This document shows, one piece after another, positions 26,702 to 32,000 of a stretch of DNA of 32,000 bases (position 1 is its first letter; every line of letters begins with the position of its first letter). The position numbers and the translations under genes are program-made. Location: assembly GCA_038858525.1 (NCBI GenBank), contig JAWCFL010000001.1:139172-171171 (forward strand), given 5' to 3'. The notes beneath the pieces are model-generated. The model saw nothing but the letters and a program-made list of their open reading frames with translations. It was not told where the DNA came from and did no database searches. The stretch comes from Candidatus Jordarchaeales archaeon (lineage in GTDB: Archaea > Asgardarchaeota > Jordiarchaeia > Jordiarchaeales > Freyrarchaeaceae).

Positions 26702-27463
26702 ATGGGTAAAATGGGACAGAGAAGACATATTAAACGAATAGCCGCTCCAAGATATTGGCCTATTCCCAGAAGAACAGCGACATGGACTGTTAAACCTAGT
26801 CCAGGGCCTCACGCCATTGAGGAATCTATCCCGCTACTGATTTTGGTTCGTGATGTGTTGAAAATTGTGAGTGATGCGCGGGAAGCGAAAAAGATCATAA
26901 AGCAAGGTCATATTAAAGTGGATGGAGTAGCTAGGAGAGATCACAAGTTTCCTGTTGGATTGATGGATGTTGTGGAGATCCCTCTGCTAAATGAATCTTA
27001 CAGAGTACTTCCTTCAAAGAGAGGTTTCACTCTAGTTCCAATAGATGGAAGTGAAAGAGAATTTAAGCTCTGCCAAATAAGAAACATCATAACTGTTAAA
27101 GGAGGAAATATTCAGCTAGCACTTCATGATGGCAGAAACATATTACTTCCTATAGATAACCCTAAGATTTCTCCTCATGAAGTATACCCCTATAAGACGA
27201 GAGACACGGTAAAAATTCTGTTAGAAAACCAAGAAATAGTCGACCATGTTCCATTTAGAGAGGGAGCATACTCCATAATAAGCAGAGGGAAACTGAGAGG
27301 TAAACTAGGTGAGATTGTAGAGATAAGAAGACGACTTGGACGTAGAGCAAGCACAGTGATAATACAAAAGGACAATGACTTGATTGAAACGATAATGGAC
27401 TATGTGTTCCCTGTAGGGATAAAGCAACCCTTAATAAAACTTCCTGAGAATGGAGGAGCTTAG
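26702..27463 (+). CDS. rps4e: 30S ribosomal protein eS4
   Basis: HIKRIAAP, PSPGPH, FPVGLMDV, LHDGRN. Confidence 0.97.
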   Translation: MGKMGQRRHIKRIAAPRYWPIPRRTATWTVKPSPGPHAIEESIPLLILVRDVLKIVSDAREAKKIIKQGHIKVDGVARRDHKFPVGLMDVVEIPLLNESYRVLPSKRGFTLVPIDGSEREFKLCQIRNIITVKGGNIQLALHDGRNILLPIDNPKISPHEVYPYKTRDTVKILLENQEIVDHVPFREGAYSIISRGKLRGKLGEIVEIRRRLGRRASTVIIQKDNDLIETIMDYVFPVGIKQPLIKLPENGGA

Positions 27464-27464
27464 A

Positions 27465-28031
27465 ATGGAACAATTGATGGACGAGAGAGGTATAGAGGAA
27501 AAGTGGAAAAACTCTATGTATAAACCCTACATAGCTAAGGTTGTGGTGAACATAGGCGTCGGTTCTAGCGGTGAAAAACTCGTAAAAGCCATGAAGGTTT
27601 TAGAGTCGATATCCGGTCAGAAGCCTGTTGAGTGCAGAGCAAGGAAGACAATAAGGGATTTTGGAATCAGAAAACGTGAGCCTATAGGATGCAAAGTAAC
27701 TCTTAGAGGAGAAGCCGCAAAAAGATTCTTAGAGAAAGCGTTAGATGCAGTAGAGAGAACGCTAAATCCCGACTCATTTGACCACCATGGCAACGTATCA
27801 TTTGGCATACGTGAACACATAGATATACCAGGAACCAAGTACGACCCTGAGCTCGGCGTCTTCGGCATGGATGTGTGCATCACATTTGAAAGACCAGGTT
27901 ACCGTATCAGTAGGAGAAAGAGAAGAAAGTCAAGAATACCGAAGAAACAAAGAGTCACCAAAGAAGAAGCTATGCTGATACTGAAAAAGGAATTTAACGT
28001 TACGTTCGGTGAAAGAAAGAGAAAATGGTAA
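27465..28031 (+). CDS. rpl5: 50S ribosomal protein uL5
   Basis: [26 protein letters not shown]. Start ATG 27465 after GGAGG. Confidence 0.96.
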   Translation: MEQLMDERGIEEKWKNSMYKPYIAKVVVNIGVGSSGEKLVKAMKVLESISGQKPVECRARKTIRDFGIRKREPIGCKVTLRGEAAKRFLEKALDAVERTLNPDSFDHHGNVSFGIREHIDIPGTKYDPELGVFGMDVCITFERPGYRISRRKRRKSRIPKKQRVTKEEAMLILKKEFNVTFGERKRKW

Positions 28032-28192
28032 AAAAATGGGGGAAGAATATGGCGAAGAAGTTCGGTAAGGGAAGCCGTACGTGCCGTAACTGTGGAACAC
28101 ATAGAGGGATAATAAGACGGTATGGGTTAATGATCTGCCGTAGATGCTTTAGGGAGAAGGCTGAAAGAATGGGATTCAAAAAATACAATTAG
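28025..28192 (+). CDS. rps14: 30S ribosomal protein uS14, Zn-binding type (not in ORF track)
   Basis: Translated by hand: [55 protein letters not shown]. Alternative start at 28049. Confidence 0.95.
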   Translation: MVKKWGKNMAKKFGKGSRTCRNCGTHRGIIRRYGLMICRRCFREKAERMGFKKYN

Positions 28193-28203
28193 GAGGCGAT
28201 GCG

Positions 28204-28593
28204 ATGTTACTAGACCCTCTGGCAGACGCGCTGTCAAACATAATGAATACCGAGAGAGTTGGTAAAAGAGAGGTTGTAATTAACATAGCATCTAAGCTCG
28301 TCGGCAACGTCTTACACGTCATGCAAAAATACGGATACATAGGCGAGTTTGAGCATATAGATGATGGAAGAGCCGGAAAGTTCAGAGTGCAACTTCTGGG
28401 CAGAATAAATGACTGCAACGTTATCAAACCAAGGTTTCCAGTAAAATTCAAAGAAATCGATGATGCTGAGAGAAAATACCTTCCCGGCCAAGGAATAGGA
28501 ATACTAATCTTAACGACATCTCAAGGGGTAATGTCACATTACGAGGCGAAGGAAAGAAAAATTGGTGGACGACTTTTAGCTTACGTTTACTAA
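28204..28593 (+). CDS. rps8: 30S ribosomal protein uS8
   Basis: [41 protein letters not shown]. Confidence 0.97.
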   Translation: MLLDPLADALSNIMNTERVGKREVVINIASKLVGNVLHVMQKYGYIGEFEHIDDGRAGKFRVQLLGRINDCNVIKPRFPVKFKEIDDAERKYLPGQGIGILILTTSQGVMSHYEAKERKIGGRLLAYVY

Positions 28594-28634
28594 AGCTAAG
28601 TTCTTCTCTTCTTAACAAAGAGAGATGTGAAAAA

Positions 28635-29210
28635 TCATAATATTTTCCATAAAAGCTTTTCTCCGACATATTTGCGGTAAACATATATGCCGTCTTGGAA
28701 AATTCTTGGGTCTTTCTCTTTGATCTTTGTTGCTTGTTGTATATTGGCGGCGCTTTGCCCCACGGCTTCGATATCAATACCTGTTAGTATTATGTCGTCT
28801 TTTTCTATTTTGACGTTAACTCCAGGGAGGACTTGTGTTTTTCTGGAGCTCTTTTCGCCTAAGAAGTTTTCTATGAACACTTCTCTTGTCCCCGGCACGA
28901 ATTTTACACTGATGGGAAAGTGCGCGTAGACAATCTTCATCACGTATTTGTAACCCTGAGTGACGCCTAGAATCATGTTTTTAATGTGGCTCCTCACGCT
29001 TCCCAGGACAGCCAGCTGACCTTTTTTAGGGTAATAAGCTTCCAGAACGACTTTATTGTTTTCTTTCTTTATCGTTATGCTTCTTGCATGAGAGAAATCC
29101 TTTTCCAGTTTGCCGAGAGGACCGCTGACACGTACTTTCATCCCGTCAACACTTACTTCTACATTGTCAGGAATATCAACTTCCAGTACTGTGTGAACCG
29201 ATTTAACCAT
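28635..29210 (-). CDS. rpl6: 50S ribosomal protein uL6, on the opposite strand to its cluster
   Basis: YAHFPI, NFLGEK, DPRIFQDGIYV. Start ATG 29210. Confidence 0.96.
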   Translation of the reverse strand: MVKSVHTVLEVDIPDNVEVSVDGMKVRVSGPLGKLEKDFSHARSITIKKENNKVVLEAYYPKKGQLAVLGSVRSHIKNMILGVTQGYKYVMKIVYAHFPISVKFVPGTREVFIENFLGEKSSRKTQVLPGVNVKIEKDDIILTGIDIEAVGQSAANIQQATKIKEKDPRIFQDGIYVYRKYVGEKLLWKIL

Positions 29211-29304
29211 TCTGCATCTTCCCCTGAAGAACCGCTTCAATGGGATGAAAAAAGGGGAGACTTAAATTTATTTCGCAAAACTCTCCTTCTGGCAGGAGTA
29301 TATT

Positions 29305-29889
29305 TCACTTTTTAACGCGCTCACTCCATTCTTCAAGCTTGCTCATTATCTCCTCAGCTGTTTTGATATCTAGTTTCGCTGCTCCGCTCATTCTTAACTG
29401 CTTAATTAATTGTGAGATCTCATAAAATATTGGACCATGAACTCTTGACTGCAACTGGTCTCTGGCTTCTTCCAATGCTCGGGCTACGTCCTCGGCTGGC
29501 CGGTTTCTTTCAAGTGCCTCAACCACCTGTGAAAACGCTGGGGAAACGCGCACGCCAAAGCTCCTAACGGTTATCGCCCCCTCAGTGAGGGGGGGAGGTT
29601 GAACATGAACTGCTGCCCTCTCGGCAGTTATTGCTTCTTTAGCCCTGCTTGCAAGAAGTTCCTCGACACGCTTCACGCCGTTTAAGATTTCATCAGTTTT
29701 TGTTAATGAGGCAGACAGGCCACTGATTGCCTGACGTACTCCATTTAGCGTGTTCTGGAGCTCGCTTATGGAAGCTCTGATTTCACCAAAAACTCCGAAG
29801 ACAGCCCTTGAAAAATCATCAAGAACAGTTTTAACGGCGGATATTTCCTCTAAAAGTTTTTCGACAACTTTATCTTTACTCTCCTCCAA
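29305..29889 (-). CDS. Hypothetical helical protein (coiled coil, linker, helical bundle)
   Basis: RBS GGAGGTG, then TTG 29889; 194 aa, all-alpha character, family not recognised. Confidence 0.75.
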   Translation of the reverse strand: MEESKDKVVEKLLEEISAVKTVLDDFSRAVFGVFGEIRASISELQNTLNGVRQAISGLSASLTKTDEILNGVKRVEELLASRAKEAITAERAAVHVQPPPLTEGAITVRSFGVRVSPAFSQVVEALERNRPAEDVARALEEARDQLQSRVHGPIFYEISQLIKQLRMSGAAKLDIKTAEEIMSKLEEWSERVKK

Positions 29890-30228
29890 AAAAGCACCTC
29901 CAACCAAAAGCATCTTTCAGCTTAAATAACCCAACACGCTTCAAATGAAAAATATATTTGTTCAAACCAAAATATTTTTCTTTTCTCCAAAAGGATACGG
30001 GGAAGGAAAGAATAGTTTAATTTCTCTTAAAAACCACGTTTTTGAGAGATAAAAGGACTCTTTGCCTTTTATTATTTGGAAAAAGTAGGATAAATGATGA
30101 GGCGAGAAAGAAAAGTTTAAATTTTGACGGTTTGTTGGTAAATGCCGAAACACTATCTATAAAAAGGTTAATGGTATTCCTTAAGTTAAATGATTGTTAC
30201 TAACTTAGATTTAGTGGTGGGAAAAGTT

Positions 30229-30879
30229 TTGATAGAGAAGAGACTCTTAACGCTTAGAAAAAGGCTGAAGGCACGAAAGCCAGATTTTGTCAGGTGTGAA
30301 AGCTGGAGATATGCTAGAGTGAAAACAAACTGGAGGAGACCAAGAGGGATAGATAACAAGATGAGAGAGAAAAAGAAAGGATGGCCTAAGGCGCCTAATG
30401 TAGGTTACCGGGCGCCTAGAGAGGTGAGGTGCCTTCACCCCTCGGGATTTAAGGAGGTTATTGTTTGGAGGACTGAAGACTTAGAACAATTAGATCCTGA
30501 AGTTCATGCCGTAAGGATTGCGGGTAATGTAGGTGACAGGAAAGCGTTTAAAATAATGGAAAAGGCTGAGGAGAAAGGGCTTTGGGTCATTAATCCGAGG
30601 GTGGCTAAGGAAGAAGTTGAGGAGGAGCTTGTGGAGGAGCTTGTGGAGGCTGCAGATGTCGAGAAGGCTGAGCTAGAGGAGGGAACGCGCCTCTCCGAGG
30701 TCGAATGGATCGATAGTGAAAGCGCTAAAAAGTTAGAGGAAGTTGGTGTGCTTACACTTAGAGCTCTTGCGGAGGAGGAAGACCTCGGAGAGCTTTCCGA
30801 GATAACAGGGATACCTTTGAGTAAGCTTGAGGATTGGGTTAAGAGAGCTAAAGAAGCTAGCAAGGAGGAGAAGAAATGA
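30229..30879 (+). CDS. rpl32e: 50S ribosomal protein eL32 with C-terminal acidic linker and HhH-like domain
   Basis: KPDFVR, WRRPRGIDNKMR, LHPSG, WVINP, then about 93 extra residues. Start TTG 30229 after GGTGG. Confidence 0.93.
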   Translation: MIEKRLLTLRKRLKARKPDFVRCESWRYARVKTNWRRPRGIDNKMREKKKGWPKAPNVGYRAPREVRCLHPSGFKEVIVWRTEDLEQLDPEVHAVRIAGNVGDRKAFKIMEKAEEKGLWVINPRVAKEEVEEELVEELVEAADVEKAELEEGTRLSEVEWIDSESAKKLEEVGVLTLRALAEEEDLGELSEITGIPLSKLEDWVKRAKEASKEEKK

Positions 30880-31325
30880 ATTTATCTGTTCAGAGAAGAC
30901 TTGCCGCCGAGATACTCAATGTTGGCGTAAACAGAGTCTGGTTTGATCCAGAAAAGCTGGAGGAGATTTCAGCCGCTGTTACGCGTGAAGATGTCCGTAG
31001 CCTGATAAAGCAGGGAGCAATAAAAGCCAAGCCGAAATTGGGAATTAGTAGAGCAAGGGCGAAAGAGCGGTATGAAAAGAGGAAAAGAGGACAGCGTAGG
31101 GGTATGGGAAGCAGGAAAGGAAAAGCTACCGCGCGTATGCCTAGGAAAGAAAAATGGATGATGAGAATTAGAGCTATAAGAGCCTTTCTTAAGCATTTAA
31201 GGGCTAGACGTATAATAACACAGAACACTTACAGAAAACTTTACAAAATGGCGAAGGGTGGTGCATTCGAAAGCGTTGCATACTTAAAGAACTACATAAA
31301 AGATAAGAGGCTGGCGAGAAAGTAA
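30876..31325 (+). CDS. rpl19e: 50S ribosomal protein eL19
   Basis: QRRLAAEIL.VG..RVWFDP, GSRKG, YRKLYKMAKGG.F. Confidence 0.97.
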   Translation: MNLSVQRRLAAEILNVGVNRVWFDPEKLEEISAAVTREDVRSLIKQGAIKAKPKLGISRARAKERYEKRKRGQRRGMGSRKGKATARMPRKEKWMMRIRAIRAFLKHLRARRIITQNTYRKLYKMAKGGAFESVAYLKNYIKDKRLARK

Positions 31326-31339
31326 CGGAGAGTGTTCTT

Positions 31340-31936
31340 ATGGCGAGAGGGGCGCGCTATAGGTTAGCTTTCAGAAGGAGGCGTGAAGGAAGAACAGATT
31401 ACAGGCTTAGAAGGAAGCTGGTTATTTCCGGAATACCAAGGCTCGTGGTTCGTGGAAGTCTAAACAACTTCTCAGTACAACTAATAGAGTCAATGTTTGG
31501 CGGGGACAAAACATTGGTTTCAGCTCATTCGAAAGAATTGATTAAAAAATATGGTTGGAAAGGGCACTGCGGGAACGTACCTACAGCTTACCTAACAGGT
31601 TTTCTGCTGGCGTTAAAGGCTAAGAGAGCAGGATTAGAGCGCGCTATACTTGATATCGGTTTGCATCCTCCGGTTAAAGGAAGCCGGGTTTTTGCAGCCC
31701 TCAAAGGGGCACTAGACGGAGGAATGGACATCCCTCACGGGGAGGAAGTTCTCCCGAACGAAGAAAGAATAAGAGGAGAACATATAGCGGAGTACGCTAA
31801 GCAGCTTCTAGAGAGAAGCCCAGAGCTTTACGCTAAACGTTTTTCGTCTCAGATTAAGCGGGGAGTGCGACCGGAAGAGCTGCCCAAACATTTTGACAAG
31901 GTTAGAGAGGCCATGCTTAAGGAGTTTGGAGGTTAG
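31340..31936 (+). CDS. rpl18: 50S ribosomal protein uL18
   Basis: RRRREGRTDY, NVPTAYLTG, FAALKGALDGG, RIRGEHIA. Confidence 0.97.
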   Translation: MARGARYRLAFRRRREGRTDYRLRRKLVISGIPRLVVRGSLNNFSVQLIESMFGGDKTLVSAHSKELIKKYGWKGHCGNVPTAYLTGFLLALKAKRAGLERAILDIGLHPPVKGSRVFAALKGALDGGMDIPHGEEVLPNEERIRGEHIAEYAKQLLERSPELYAKRFSSQIKRGVRPEELPKHFDKVREAMLKEFGG

Positions 31937-31939
31937 ACT

Positions 31940-32000
31940 TTGGAGCCGAATGAACTGGACGTTTGGAAGCCTAGAACAGAACTGGGAAGACTCGTTAAAG
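31940..32000 (+). CDS. rps5: 30S ribosomal protein uS5, N-terminus (runs off window)
   Basis: TTG start, MEPNELDVWKPRTELGRLVK; syntenic after rpl18. Confidence 0.85.
   Translation, partial: MEPNELDVWKPRTELGRLVK

Noticed and set aside
29962-30153. 63-aa ORF in the divergent spacer
   Set aside because: AT-rich, Phe/Lys-biased, with no RBS or recognisable motif; probably promoter DNA.
30621-30649. 12-nt tandem duplication (GGAGGAGCTTGT x2.4)
   Set aside because: An in-frame slippage repeat in a low-complexity linker, not a separate element.
150-31228. Numerous antisense or alternate-frame ORFs (e.g. 150-518, 10105-10563, 14129-14521, 26363-26812, 30504-30863)
   Set aside because: They are shadows of well-supported genes, with Ser/Ile/Phe-rich composition typical of reverse frames.
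1-32000. CRISPR arrays, IS or transposase genes, integrases, rRNA
   Set aside because: No repeat-spacer periodicity, terminal inverted repeats, recombinase motifs or rRNA-like sequence were seen.

Overview
Archaeal chromosomal housekeeping region from a TACK/Asgard-type lineage. This placement is inferred from the combination of an HMf-type histone, FtsZ with CdrS, a CdvA-like coiled-coil protein, a Roadblock/LC7 protein, RadA, FEN1, aIF5B and archaeal r-proteins. The main result is four short introns with bulge-helix-bulge (BHB)-type junctions within 2.5 kb. Two interrupt protein-coding genes: a 31-nt intron with a near-perfect BHB in pcm (5945-5975, minus) and a 29-nt intron with a relaxed BHB in the GTPase P-loop of aIF5B/infB (8350-8378). 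Two more sit at non-canonical positions (22/23 and 53/54) in a tRNA-Lys(CTT) lying between those genes. Both mRNA introns carry an in-frame stop and shift the frame. Excising them at the positions predicted by BHB geometry restores the conserved motif and a full-length protein. The right third of the window is the L22-S5 ribosomal protein cluster, where rpl6 and an unknown gene lie inverted and L32e carries a C-terminal HhH-like extension. An mptD-(wHTH-PfkB fusion)-mptE-cooC cluster is also present. No CRISPR array, IS element or rRNA was found.
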